From the NCBI GenBank assembly GCA_042217215.1, contig JBDGTC010000090.1, positions 1-42,686 of the forward strand: a DNA stretch of 42,686 nucleotides. The letters run 5' to 3'. Within the stretch, counting starts at the first letter, position 1. Every line of letters starts with the position of its first letter. This stretch comes from Halobacteriaceae archaeon. GTDB lineage: Archaea > Halobacteriota > Halobacteria > Halobacteriales > Halobacteriaceae. The position numbers and the translations under genes were made by a program. The notes under the pieces were generated by a model, which worked only from the letters and a program-made list of their open reading frames with translations, was not told where the DNA came from and searched no databases. Positions 16,396 through 25,253 of the stretch are shown here, in pieces.

Positions 16396-16650
16396 TCACC
16401 CCGCACGTCCCGCCGGGCCGAGGTGCCCGGCGCAGTTGCGACAGAACCTGAACCCCGCGTCGTTGGTCGCGCCGCACACCCGGCAGACGACCCCGCCCTC
16501 TGCAGCGGGGACCGGCGGGCCGGTCTCGTCAGCGGGCGCGAGCGCGGCCACCGTCGCGACGTCGACGCGGCCCCACAGCCACACGAGCACGACGCACTGT
16601 GCGGCGATCGCGCCAGCGAAGACGACCGCGCCCGCGGCCGGTGGGGCCAT
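16396..16650 (-). CDS. Small membrane-anchored zinc-ribbon protein
   Basis: MAPPAAGAVVFAGAIAAQCVVLVWLWG.. (TM helix) followed by CRVCGATNDAGFRFCRNCG (CxxC-x10-CxxC). Confidence 0.55.
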   Translation of the reverse strand: MAPPAAGAVVFAGAIAAQCVVLVWLWGRVDVATVAALAPADETGPPVPAAEGGVVCRVCGATNDAGFRFCRNCAGHLGPAGRAG

Positions 16651-16750
16651 GGTCGCCCGCCGGTGCCGCCGACCGAAGAGCGGACGGCCTAACCGGCCCG
16701 CCCCACCCGCGATGAATTGATTTATGTGCGCCGCCGGTCGCCTACCCAGC

Positions 16751-16933
16751 ATGAACCAGCGTTCGGTCGCGTACGCGTCGACGGTCGTCGGGACGGTCGT
16801 CGGCCTCGCGCTGCTCGTCGCCGGGGAGGCCATGGGCGGGCGGATCGACCTGGTGGGTGCCGGCGGTGCCGTCATCCTCCTGAGTCTCGGGATTCTGGTC
16901 TGGTTGATAGAGAGCGAGGCAAGCGAGGCGTGA
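16751..16933 (+). CDS. Small membrane protein (two TM helices), function unknown
   Basis: MNQRSVAYASTVVGTVVGLALLVAGEAMGG..GAVILLSLGILVWLIESE. The call rests on hydrophobicity only. Confidence 0.4.
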   Translation: MNQRSVAYASTVVGTVVGLALLVAGEAMGGRIDLVGAGGAVILLSLGILVWLIESEASEA

Positions 16934-17135
16934 ACGAGCGTGTCGGCGCGCTCTCGCGCGCCGCCCGCGAGTGAAGGCCTCGAGACGGTCGGCGGGAGGG
17001 TCCGGAGGGCCCGACACGCCGACCGTGCGGTGCTGCTGTCGGATGGTCCTGAACAACGCAATCGGCGCGCTCTCGCGCGCCGACCGCGAATGAAGGCCTC
17101 GAGGCAGCGGTGCCGGTATCGGATGGCCCTGAGCG
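16931..17135. repeat. Intergenic direct repeat (two units) with palindromic GC-rich cores
   Basis: The 42-nt core TCGGCGCGCTCTCGCGCGCCGMCCGCGARTGAAGGCCTCGAG occurs at 16943-16984 and 17062-17103 (40 of 42 identical, period 119). Flanking TGAAC (16931/17050) and TCGGATGG (17039/17119) are also repeated. The second unit lacks about 38 nt. Confidence 0.7.
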
Positions 17136-17264
17136 GGCGACGCCCCGGCTAGTGGCATCAGCGCGCAGCCGTAACCTCGACTATCCGGCAACTGCACCGC
17201 ACCTCGGGCGTGTCGCGGCGCTTCGCGCCGCTCCCGCCCTCGGTCTCGAGGGACGCGCGTCGTG

Positions 17265-17289
17265 GTCGCGGCGCCTCCGGCGCCGCGAC
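17265..17289. other. Perfect 11-bp stem / 3-nt loop hairpin downstream of a minus-strand gene
   Basis: GTCGCGGCGCC-TCC-GGCGCCGCGAC, 19 nt past the stop at 17308. A third copy of the arm (GTGTCGCGGCGC) lies at 17210-17221. No T-tract follows, so a terminator role is unproven. Confidence 0.5.
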
Positions 17290-17307
17290 ACACTTGCGCG
17301 CCCCTCC

Positions 17308-17661
17308 CTAACTCCCGAGCACCACCATGTACCCCAGAATCGACACCGCGTACAGCAGCGACAGCGCGGCCACGACCGTGATGTGGTAGACGAAGAGGTC
17401 GTCGCCCTCCGCGTCCACCGCGGCCTCGTAGGCGGCCCACTCCGCGTCGGTGCAGTCGTGGGCCTCCCCAACGTGCAGCGTGCAGGTCCGCTCGCTGGCG
17501 AACGGCCGGTCGCAGTACGGGCACCGCGCCGCGGGGGCCTCGCCGGGCGGGACCTCCGTGTCCGGGACGGGGAGCGCGTCCGGGGCGGCGCCGGGCCGCG
17601 GGTGCGTGTCCGGCTTCGGGGACGTGGCGGGCTCGTCGACGCCGGGGGTGGTGTCGGACAT
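17308..17661 (-). CDS. C2H2-like zinc-finger protein with a C-terminal TM helix
   Basis: MSDTTPGVDEP...CPYCDRPFASERTCTLHVGEAH (C-x2-C-x12-H-x5-H) followed by ITVVAALSLLYAVSILGYMVVLG. Only the last 117 codons of ORF 17308..18969 look coding. Confidence 0.6.
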   Translation of the reverse strand: MSDTTPGVDEPATSPKPDTHPRPGAAPDALPVPDTEVPPGEAPAARCPYCDRPFASERTCTLHVGEAHDCTDAEWAAYEAAVDAEGDDLFVYHITVVAALSLLYAVSILGYMVVLGS

Positions 17662-17663
17662 GG

Positions 17664-19130
17664 TCACAGGTAGGCGGGGGCGACGTACGGCTGCGCGACG
17701 ATCCACATGCTCGCGACGGTGTAGCCGACCATCACGAGGACGAAGGGGTACTGGCTCTCGAGGGGCTGGAGGCGGCCCGGGAACAGCCGGAACGAGGCCG
17801 CGTGGGCGATCCAGACCGCGGCGAGGTGGCCGGCGACCACGAAGCCCAGCTGGAGCACGCCGAACCATGACGGCACGACGACCACGGTCACCGGCGCCGC
17901 CGAGAGCGGCGTCCACAGCGCGCCCCACAGCGCGGGCAGGAGGCGCAGGAGGTACGCGAGGAAGTGCGCGACGTGGTAGCCGGCGGCGATGGGGAGGAGC
18001 GCGGCCGCGAACCAGCCGGCGAGGTACCGCGGCGTCACGTAGGTGTCGGCGGTGCGGGTCGCCCACCGCGCGGCCGCGGCGTACGCGCGGTGGAAGACCG
18101 CGAGGCCGGCGACCGCCACGGCGGCGTAGAGCGCGAGCGGCGGCACGCCCGCGCCGACGACCGCGCGCGCGAGGTCGTTCCACGCCGGCGTCGACACCAG
18201 TCCGTCGAAGCTCGTCACCCAGAGCAGGGCCACGACCAGCGCCGTCTCGTCGGCACCGAGCGGGCGGTCGGGGGTGCAGAGATGGACGCCGGGGAGGCCG
18301 ACAGCGAGCGTGGTGCGGCCGGCGTTCGGGTCCGCGTCCGTGGGGTCCACCGCCCGGACCGGGGCGAGCCGGCCGTAGAGCGCGAACACGCGGCTCACCG
18401 GGTCGACGTTCCCGAACCAGGCGCGCGGCCCGACGAGGACGGCGCCGGTGAGGGTGACCACGGTGTAGCCCGCGACGACCGCCGCGAGCAGTCGCGGGTC
18501 GGTGGCGAGCGGGCTCACGACCTCGAGGAAGACGAACACCACGAGACCGGCGACCGCCGGCCAGGCCCCGAGGCGGTCCGGGTACGCGACCCGCGGCGGG
18601 TCGGTGACGCCGTCGAGGGCCCATCTGGCCCCGCGCACGAGCGTCGCCCACGGGTTGACGAGCCCCCACGTGTCGCCCGCCCCGTAGACGGTCATGGTGT
18701 ACCCCGCCCACCACCCGGTCCACACGAGGAGGACGGCGAGGTTCGCGCGGGCCAGCGTCGGGCCGAGCACGCCACTCGCGAGTACCGCGAGCAGGCCGAG
18801 GACCCCGAGCGCGCCGCCGACCGCCGCGCCCGCACTCGCGAGCCGGCGCGGGACCGCGACGGTCCGGTACAGCCCGGCGACGAGGTCCACGTCCCGGCGG
18901 TCGGTGACGAAGGTCGTCGCGAGGAACGACCCCGCCACGACCACGCCGCCCGTGACGACGACGAGCCACGTGGGGACCGGTCCGGGGTCGGCGGACCCGC
19001 CGAGCGCGCCGACGTGGGCGCTCGCCGGCGCGACGGCGGCCGACAGGAGGGCGAGTGTGACGGCCACTGGCCGCGCGGCGACGCCCGCCCCGCGAGTGGT
19101 GCGGGACGCCACCGCCGCGAGCCGGGCCAC
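17664..19130 (-). CDS. Polytopic membrane protein with an N-terminal signal sequence, function unknown
   Basis: GTG start at 19130, 2 nt after the upstream stop. The signal-like N-terminus is (M)ARLAAVASRTTRGAGVAARPVAVTLALLSAAVAPASAHV. More than 10 hydrophobic segments follow. The Arg-rich N-terminal extension of ORF 17664..19556 overlaps the upstream gene and is rejected. Confidence 0.65.
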   Translation of the reverse strand: MARLAAVASRTTRGAGVAARPVAVTLALLSAAVAPASAHVGALGGSADPGPVPTWLVVVTGGVVVAGSFLATTFVTDRRDVDLVAGLYRTVAVPRRLASAGAAVGGALGVLGLLAVLASGVLGPTLARANLAVLLVWTGWWAGYTMTVYGAGDTWGLVNPWATLVRGARWALDGVTDPPRVAYPDRLGAWPAVAGLVVFVFLEVVSPLATDPRLLAAVVAGYTVVTLTGAVLVGPRAWFGNVDPVSRVFALYGRLAPVRAVDPTDADPNAGRTTLAVGLPGVHLCTPDRPLGADETALVVALLWVTSFDGLVSTPAWNDLARAVVGAGVPPLALYAAVAVAGLAVFHRAYAAAARWATRTADTYVTPRYLAGWFAAALLPIAAGYHVAHFLAYLLRLLPALWGALWTPLSAAPVTVVVVPSWFGVLQLGFVVAGHLAAVWIAHAASFRLFPGRLQPLESQYPFVLVMVGYTVASMWIVAQPYVAPAYL

Positions 19131-19132
19131 GG

Positions 19133-19594
19133 TCAGGCCAGGACGAGGCGGCCCCCGACGACGGCGAGCAGGAGGAGGCCGACGACCCATCCGGCGACGG
19201 CGGTCGCGCCCGCGCTCCCGAGGCCGCGACCCCTCGCGGTGGCGTACGTGCCGACGACGAGGAAGACGGTCAGGAGGAAGCCGAGGCCCCCGACGACGAG
19301 GGTGTTCGCGAGGCCGGTCACGTCCGCCGAGGACGTGAGGGCGGCGGCGACGCCCACGCCCGCCACGACGACGCCGAGCCCGATGAGGAGGAAGGTGGCC
19401 GTGAGCGGGCGCCCCGCGGGCCGGTCCATGAGGCCGCCCTCCGCGGGCGCGCCGCCGCGCTTCCAGCCCCCGCCGCCCCCGTGTGCGGCGACCGTGCCCC
19501 GGCGCCAGTTGCGCGCCCGGGCCACGGCGACGGTGGCGCCGAAGAGCACCAGCCACATCACCGCCGCGCCGACGAGCATCCCGGTCTGCACCAT
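19133..19594 (-). CDS. Membrane protein (about 4 TM helices), function unknown
   Basis: MVQTGMLVGAAVMWLVLFGATVAVA... with Gly-rich loops. It is the first gene of a tightly packed three-gene minus-strand unit. Confidence 0.55.
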   Translation of the reverse strand: MVQTGMLVGAAVMWLVLFGATVAVARARNWRRGTVAAHGGGGGWKRGGAPAEGGLMDRPAGRPLTATFLLIGLGVVVAGVGVAAALTSSADVTGLANTLVVGGLGFLLTVFLVVGTYATARGRGLGSAGATAVAGWVVGLLLLAVVGGRLVLA

Positions 19595-19752
19595 GGTTGT
19601 TGGCTCGGGGTTCCGCCGCTGGTTATTTATCTCTGTCCTTGTTTCCGCCCCGTCGCGTCGTCGGAGCGGGTCACCGGCCCGCGTTCCCACCGGCTGGGAA
19701 CCATCCTGGTCGTTCATGTGAGACTGCGACGACGGTGTACCGGGCGAAGACG

Positions 19753-20526
19753 ATGACAGCACCAGACTTGACCGGACGGGTCGGCGTCGTGACGGGCGCG
19801 GCGTCGGGAATCGGACGACAGACGGCGGCGGCGATGGCCGAGCGCGGGGCGAGTCTCGTCCTCGCGGACCTCGACGCCGACGGCGGCGAGGCGGCTGCGG
19901 AGGAGCTCGCGGCCGAGCACGACGTCGAGACGGCCTTCGTGCGGACGGACGTCACGGAACTCGACGACACGGAGGAGATGGTCCGCGTGGCCACCGGGGA
20001 GTTCGGCCGCCTCGACCTTGCGTTCAACAACGCCGGCATCGAGGGCGCGTCGGCGCCGACGGGCGAGTACGACCCCGAGGAGTGGCAGCGGGTCGTCGAC
20101 GTGAACCTCACCGGCGTGTGGAACTCGCTGCGGGCAGAGCTGCCGGCGATGGTGGACGGGGAGGACGACGCGGCCATCGTCAACACGTCGTCCATCCTCG
20201 GGAAGGTCGGCTTCGCGGGCGCGCCGGCCTACACCGCCGCGAAACACGGCGTCGTCGGGCTGACGAAGAACGCCGCTCTGGAGTATGCCACGCAGGGCAT
20301 ACGTGTCAACGCGGTCTGTCCGGGCTTCGTCCACACGCCGATGATCGAGCGCTACGGGGTGACGGAGGACCCCGAGCTCCAGGCCGAGATCGAGGGCCGA
20401 CACGCCATGGAGCGGCTCGGTCGCCCGGAGGAGATCGCCGCGGCGGTGGTCTGGCTGCTCTCCGACGCGGCGTCGTTCGTCACCGGCGAGGCGGTCGACG
20501 TCGACGGCGGCTACCTGAGCCGGTAG
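19753..20526 (+). CDS. Short-chain dehydrogenase/reductase (FabG-like SDR)
   Basis: TGAASGIGR cofactor motif, NNAG, and catalytic S...YTAAK, with a PGFVHTPM segment. 257 aa. Confidence 0.9.
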   Translation: MTAPDLTGRVGVVTGAASGIGRQTAAAMAERGASLVLADLDADGGEAAAEELAAEHDVETAFVRTDVTELDDTEEMVRVATGEFGRLDLAFNNAGIEGASAPTGEYDPEEWQRVVDVNLTGVWNSLRAELPAMVDGEDDAAIVNTSSILGKVGFAGAPAYTAAKHGVVGLTKNAALEYATQGIRVNAVCPGFVHTPMIERYGVTEDPELQAEIEGRHAMERLGRPEEIAAAVVWLLSDAASFVTGEAVDVDGGYLSR

Positions 20527-20571
20527 CCGGACGACCCGGGGGTCTCGATCGCGAGCGGGCTCCCCCGCTCG

Positions 20572-22020
20572 TCACTCCGTGACCTCGAACGCGAAGTGGA
20601 ACGCGGGCAGGGGTCGCATGGGGTGGTTGTCGATGTACGACAGGTGCGGGGTGATCTCGAAGTCGGGCTCGTCGTCGTGGGTCTCGAAGATCGACGGGTA
20701 GACGTCGACGAAGTGCCACCCGGGTTCGCCGGCCGCGCGGAGCTTCACGTGGGTGATGCCGTTGGCCTCGTCGTCGTCCACGCCGCAGACGTACCCCAGC
20801 GGGCGGTTGTCGTAGACGAAGTACGGCGCGTTCTCGTAGATGGTCCAGCCCACCCCCGAGAGCTCGATGTCGATCTCCGTGCCGACGGGCCCCGACGTGG
20901 GCTCGATCGAGCGCGCCTCGGGCTGCAGCATGAAGCCGGTGACGGCGACCGACCGGCCGTCGACCGACGCGGTGATCGGCCGGGTCGAGCCGACGTCGGA
21001 GGGGATCTCCACCTCCACCTGGAAGTCGCCGTCGTCGTCCGCGGTGACCGTCGGGAGGACGTCGGGCCTGGGCTCGGGCGTGATGGGGATGCCCTTCACG
21101 CGGTGGCCCTGGTGGCGGTGCCAGACGAGGTCGACCGTCTCGCCGGGCGGGAACCCCTCGCCACGGATGAACGCCTGGGTCCCCGGCTGGCCCGATGTCG
21201 GGGTGACCGCGAGCGTCGCGTCCGTGTCCTCGTCGAGCTCGGGGTAGTGGACCGCCAGGGGCGTCTCGTCGAACTGCGGGTCGGTCCAGCACTGTGCCGG
21301 GTCCGAGTCGGGCTCGGTCACCGTCACGGTCCACGACGAGGTGCGCCCGCCGGCGACCGGTCCGTACGGCGACTGCGTGTTGTTCTGGAGGAAGGGGACG
21401 CCCCGGTAGTTGCGCCACACCTGGAGGACGTGCTCGCCCGGCGGCCCGACCGCCCGCACCTCGGCGGTGGCGGTGCCGCGGTTCATCACGCCGGTCACGA
21501 ACCCCACCATCCCGTTGTCCCAGGCGATCTGGTAGTTGTTCGTGAGCGGGTTCGGCCCGATGCCGTACCCACGGATCGTGAAGACGTCACCGAGCGGTGC
21601 CGACCGCTCCGCGAGCTCGAACCAGGGGACGACCTCGAGCTCGGTCCGGGCCACGGTCTCGCCCTCGGGGGTCTCCAGGGTCACGACGTGCGAGCCGCCG
21701 TAGTCCTGTGGGACCTCGACGGCGACGTCGACGGTGCCGTCGCCGTCAGTCGAGACCGTCCGGAGGCGCTCCTCGCGCGCCTGGTACTGCGGGCCGGTGA
21801 CCTCGTTCCCCTGGAGCACGCCCCAGCTGCCCTCCACGCTGTGCCAGACCAGCCCGAGGGCCGTCTCCGGCGGCAGGTCGCGGCCGCGGAGCGCCACCTC
21901 GTCGCCGACGTACACCTCCTCGTCCCCCGGGACGAGCGTGCCCGTCGTCGCCGCTCGCCGGTCGCGGTGCGCAGCCAGCCGTCCCGCCACCTCGCTCGAC
22001 AGATCGCCGTCGGGTGCCAT
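20572..22020 (-). CDS. Repeat-containing protein with Ig-like/beta-sandwich modules, no signal peptide seen, function unknown
   Basis: 482 aa with strong GC3. Recurrent modules are seen: GDEVALRGRDLPPETALGLVWH.., GDVFTIRGYGIGPN.., GTQAFIRGEGFPPGETVDLVWH.., GTEIDIELSGVGW... Confidence 0.7.
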   Translation of the reverse strand: MAPDGDLSSEVAGRLAAHRDRRAATTGTLVPGDEEVYVGDEVALRGRDLPPETALGLVWHSVEGSWGVLQGNEVTGPQYQAREERLRTVSTDGDGTVDVAVEVPQDYGGSHVVTLETPEGETVARTELEVVPWFELAERSAPLGDVFTIRGYGIGPNPLTNNYQIAWDNGMVGFVTGVMNRGTATAEVRAVGPPGEHVLQVWRNYRGVPFLQNNTQSPYGPVAGGRTSSWTVTVTEPDSDPAQCWTDPQFDETPLAVHYPELDEDTDATLAVTPTSGQPGTQAFIRGEGFPPGETVDLVWHRHQGHRVKGIPITPEPRPDVLPTVTADDDGDFQVEVEIPSDVGSTRPITASVDGRSVAVTGFMLQPEARSIEPTSGPVGTEIDIELSGVGWTIYENAPYFVYDNRPLGYVCGVDDDEANGITHVKLRAAGEPGWHFVDVYPSIFETHDDEPDFEITPHLSYIDNHPMRPLPAFHFAFEVTE

Positions 22021-22108
22021 GGCCGGGACTCCGCGGCGCGGCCGCTTACCCCCGCTCCGTGCATATGAAGCCGTTTACAAGGCGGTGCGGTGGCGGCGGT
22101 GACCCGCC

Positions 22109-22264
22109 TCAGGGATGCGGGTCGGCGTCCGCCGGCCGGAACGCCGCCGGGTCGACGGGACGCCCGCAGAGCGGACACCCGTCGGCGAGGGCGTCCTCGC
22201 GGATGGCACCGTCGACGAGGGCGTCCGCGCCGCACTCCTCGCAGACGAACCGGAAGCGTGGCAT
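22109..22264 (-). CDS. Small zinc-ribbon protein
   Basis: MPRFRFVCEECGADALVDGAIREDALADGCPLCGRPV (CxxC-x21-CxxC). Taken from the internal ATG of ORF 22109..22375. Confidence 0.5.
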   Translation of the reverse strand: MPRFRFVCEECGADALVDGAIREDALADGCPLCGRPVDPAAFRPADADPHP

Positions 22265-22407
22265 CGTCCGGACGACGGACTCCCCCGGGCTCTCTGTTTG
22301 CCTGTGATATCTCGGCCTACTTGAGCAGCCGGCACCGGCGGGCCCCGACGGACTCGAGGCGGTGACCTCCGCCACCGCCCGCAGCCGGGACTACGCAGGC
22401 CCCGGCC

Positions 22408-23124
22408 TCACCGCGTGGGCCGCTCGCCGTCCGGCGGGTCGTCGGCCCGGCGGGCGTACGAGCGCACGAGGCGGCGCTTCACCGCGTTGAGTCGCTGGGA
22501 CGCAGCCGACGCCGTGACGTCGAGGCGGTCGGCGACGTCGTCGAGCGTCGCCTCGCGTGGCTGCTCGTAGTAGCCACAGTCGATGGCGACGAACAGCGCC
22601 CGGCGCTGCTTCTCCGTCAGGGTGGAGGTGTCCTCGGCCGTCTGGTCCGCCGCGAGGATGCGGTCGACGCTGACGGTCGCCCCCGTCTGCCGGAGCCGGT
22701 CGACGAGCGGGGCGAGTCCGTCGCGACCGGGCAGCGTGACCGCGTAGTACAGCCGCCCGTTTCGGATCTCCTCGAGTTCGGCCACGCAGTCGTGGACGGC
22801 GAACACGAAACACGGGCACGCGTGGGTCGGGTCCAGCCGGTAGTAGCGGTCCGGGCCCCCCTCCGAGACCAGCACCTGACAGGACCGCGAGCCACCGCTC
22901 CCGAGGTTGAACGACTGGCGGACCCCGCCGGTCTCCCCCTCGCCCGGCGGGCAGGCACAGCCGTCGCCCGGGGCGACCGACAGCCGGACGTCGATGGGCC
23001 GGTCGTGCGCGGCGTCGCCGCCGACGGTGGCGTGGCCGTCCTCCCTGCCGCCGTCGCCGTCCGCCGCCTCGGGTGGCTCCTCGTCGCCCGTTCGATCCGT
23101 CGCCGGACCGTTCGTCGCGCCCAT
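22408..23124 (-). CDS. HTH_10 (bacterio-opsin-activator-type) transcription regulator
   Basis: The C-terminal LTEKQRRALFVAIDCGYYEQPREATLDDVADRLDVTASAASQRLNAVKRRLV matches the haloarchaeal HTH_10 pattern. The N-terminal domain carries several Cys (CACPPGEG, CPCFVF). Confidence 0.75.
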   Translation of the reverse strand: MGATNGPATDRTGDEEPPEAADGDGGREDGHATVGGDAAHDRPIDVRLSVAPGDGCACPPGEGETGGVRQSFNLGSGGSRSCQVLVSEGGPDRYYRLDPTHACPCFVFAVHDCVAELEEIRNGRLYYAVTLPGRDGLAPLVDRLRQTGATVSVDRILAADQTAEDTSTLTEKQRRALFVAIDCGYYEQPREATLDDVADRLDVTASAASQRLNAVKRRLVRSYARRADDPPDGERPTR

Positions 23125-23261
23125 ACGTGGGGTGAGTGCCCGGACGGTGATGAAGCCCGCCCGGGGCTCCCAGAATCTGATAACCGGTCGCCCGCTCCGG
23201 GATAAACGCCTGTATTCTCCACGGCGAGGCTTAGGGCTCGCCACCCGCTGGCTCCGGGCAC

Positions 23262-23939
23262 ATGGGAGACGACTCTCGCCGCACGACCAGCGACATGGCC
23301 GAGGCACCGCGGAGGGGAACCGGTTCGGCGACCCCACGAGAGGGCGGCGTCTCGCGACGGCGCATGGTGGCGACGGGCGGCGCGGGCTGGCTGTCCCTCG
23401 CCGTCGCGGGCTGCACCGACAGCGACGACGGCGGCGGTGGCGGGACCACCACGACCGGCCTGACCGTCACCCACCAGACCTCGACGACGACGGGCGAGGA
23501 CACCGGGAGCGGGCCCACCACCGGGCACACCGGGAGCACCGCGTCGTCGACCGCGACCGCGACGACGACGTCGATGACCACGACGACGGCCGCCCCCACG
23601 ACCACGGCGACGGGGACCGGCGACTGCTCGTCGTACGACCGGTTCGCCCCCGGGGTGCCCGTGGGGTTCCTCGTCGGCGTGTACGACGCGGCGACCGGCG
23701 CGGTGCTCGACGACGGGTCCGTCGCGTCGGTCGCGGTGACCTTCGCGTCCCCGTCGGTCCCGGACCTCACCCTGCAGTGGAGCGGGGGGCACGACCATGT
23801 CGCGCCCGACCGGTGGGGTGGGTTGCTCGAGGACACGGACTCGCTGCCGACGGGGCTCCACCGGTACGAGGTCGTCGTCCGGCCGGTCGACGGCGAGCCG
23901 GTCACCCGGAGCGGTCGCCTCGTGGTCGCGGACGTGTAG
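23262..23939 (+). CDS. Tat lipoprotein with a Thr-rich linker and one copy of an uncharacterised roughly 100-aa domain
   Basis: SRRRMVATGGAGWLSLAVAGC (twin-Arg plus lipobox). A T/S-rich linker follows, then CSSYDRFAPGVPVGFLVGVYDAATGAVLDDGSVASVAVTF..LQWSGGHDHVAPDRWGG..TGLHRYEVVV. Confidence 0.65.
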   Translation: MGDDSRRTTSDMAEAPRRGTGSATPREGGVSRRRMVATGGAGWLSLAVAGCTDSDDGGGGGTTTTGLTVTHQTSTTTGEDTGSGPTTGHTGSTASSTATATTTSMTTTTAAPTTTATGTGDCSSYDRFAPGVPVGFLVGVYDAATGAVLDDGSVASVAVTFASPSVPDLTLQWSGGHDHVAPDRWGGLLEDTDSLPTGLHRYEVVVRPVDGEPVTRSGRLVVADV

Positions 23940-24114
23940 CGGCGGCCCGCCCGGCCCCGCTGGTGTTCGCGGGAACTCGGCGTCTCGGCCCGCGGCCGGC
24001 GCGACGGGCGCCTCCGGGCCGGGGTGCGTGGCGGTCCCCGGTGGGGCGGCTAAAAACGGCTGTATATCTGACGCCAAGGGTCAGGGCGCTCTCTCTGGAG
24101 GTACTCAAGTGAAG

Positions 24115-25185
24115 ATGAGCTCCGACCATCCGGACGACGACGCGGGCGGCGACGCCGACCGGGCCGACTCCATCGCGGCCCAGCTGACGAGCGCGGCCGA
24201 CTCGACCAGGCGGAAGGTGCTGGTCACCGGCGCGGCGTGGACGAGCGCCGGCCTCGCTGGCTGTGGCAGCGGGGGCGGTGGTGACGGCGGCACGACGACC
24301 AGCGCGACCCAGGCCACGACGAGCACCACGACCACGCCCACCGCGCCGCCGCCGGCGAACTACGTGGTGACCGACGACATGGGGACGGGCTCCGAGGGGA
24401 TCCCGGCGGGCGAGAGCTTCGTCTCCTCGTGCTCGCCCACGCGGACCTTCGTCCCGGGGATGCACGCCATCTGGTACGTCGGGGTGTACGACCCGCAAAC
24501 CGGGGACCAGCTCACCGACGAGGACATCTCGAGCCTCTCGGTGACGTTCCCGGAGCGCGACTGGGACGCGGTCGAACTGACGTGGGCCGGCGACGACGAG
24601 GAGCACCCCGCCGACGAGTGGAACGGCGCCATGGTCATCCCGGAGGGCGCGAGCCCCGGGACGGTGAAGTACACCATCTCGGTGACGGTGACCGACGGGA
24701 ACAGCACCGTGCGCGAGGTCGGCATCCTGGCGAACGAGTTCGAGATCATCGAGTACACCGAGCTCCAGTACGTGGTCTCGAACTACACGTACGCCATCAG
24801 CTCGCCGGACGTCTCGAGTGGCTTCGTGAGCGCCTGCGGCCCCGAGTGGCAGTACCAGCCCGGCATGACCGTGGCCTTCGCCGCCAACGTCTACAACGCG
24901 AACACCGGCAAGGAGCCCGGGCCCGACGTCCTCGACTCGGTGACCGTGACCTTCGCGGACGACGCCTTCGACCCGATCGACCTGGCGTGGCAGGGCGACG
25001 CCGAGGAGCACCCGGCGAAGGTCTGGGAGAGCACGCTCGACCTCCCCGAGGACCTCGCGACTGGCACCTACAAGTACGAGGTCTCGATCACCGACGAGGA
25101 CGCCAACCTGCTGAACGCCGGCGTCGCCACCGACCAGTTCACCGTCATCGACCCGGGCGCCGGCACCACGACCAGCAGCGGGTAG
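24115..25185 (+). CDS. Tat lipoprotein with a Thr-rich linker and two tandem copies of the same uncharacterised domain
   Basis: STRRKVLVTGAAWTSAGLAGC signal. The two domains are FVSSCSPTRTFVPGMHAIWYVGVYDPQTGDQL..VTF..LTWAGDDEEHPADEWNG..GTVKYTISVTV and FVSACGPEWQYQPGMTVAFAANVYNANTGKEP..VTF..LAWQGDAEEHPAKVWES..GTYKYEVSIT. Confidence 0.7.
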   Translation: MSSDHPDDDAGGDADRADSIAAQLTSAADSTRRKVLVTGAAWTSAGLAGCGSGGGGDGGTTTSATQATTSTTTTPTAPPPANYVVTDDMGTGSEGIPAGESFVSSCSPTRTFVPGMHAIWYVGVYDPQTGDQLTDEDISSLSVTFPERDWDAVELTWAGDDEEHPADEWNGAMVIPEGASPGTVKYTISVTVTDGNSTVREVGILANEFEIIEYTELQYVVSNYTYAISSPDVSSGFVSACGPEWQYQPGMTVAFAANVYNANTGKEPGPDVLDSVTVTFADDAFDPIDLAWQGDAEEHPAKVWESTLDLPEDLATGTYKYEVSITDEDANLLNAGVATDQFTVIDPGAGTTTSSG

Positions 25186-25253
25186 CCCGGACCCTCCCCG
25201 GACCGCCGTCCAGGGACGTCGCGGTGACCGCCCGCCAACCCCCGATTCACACG

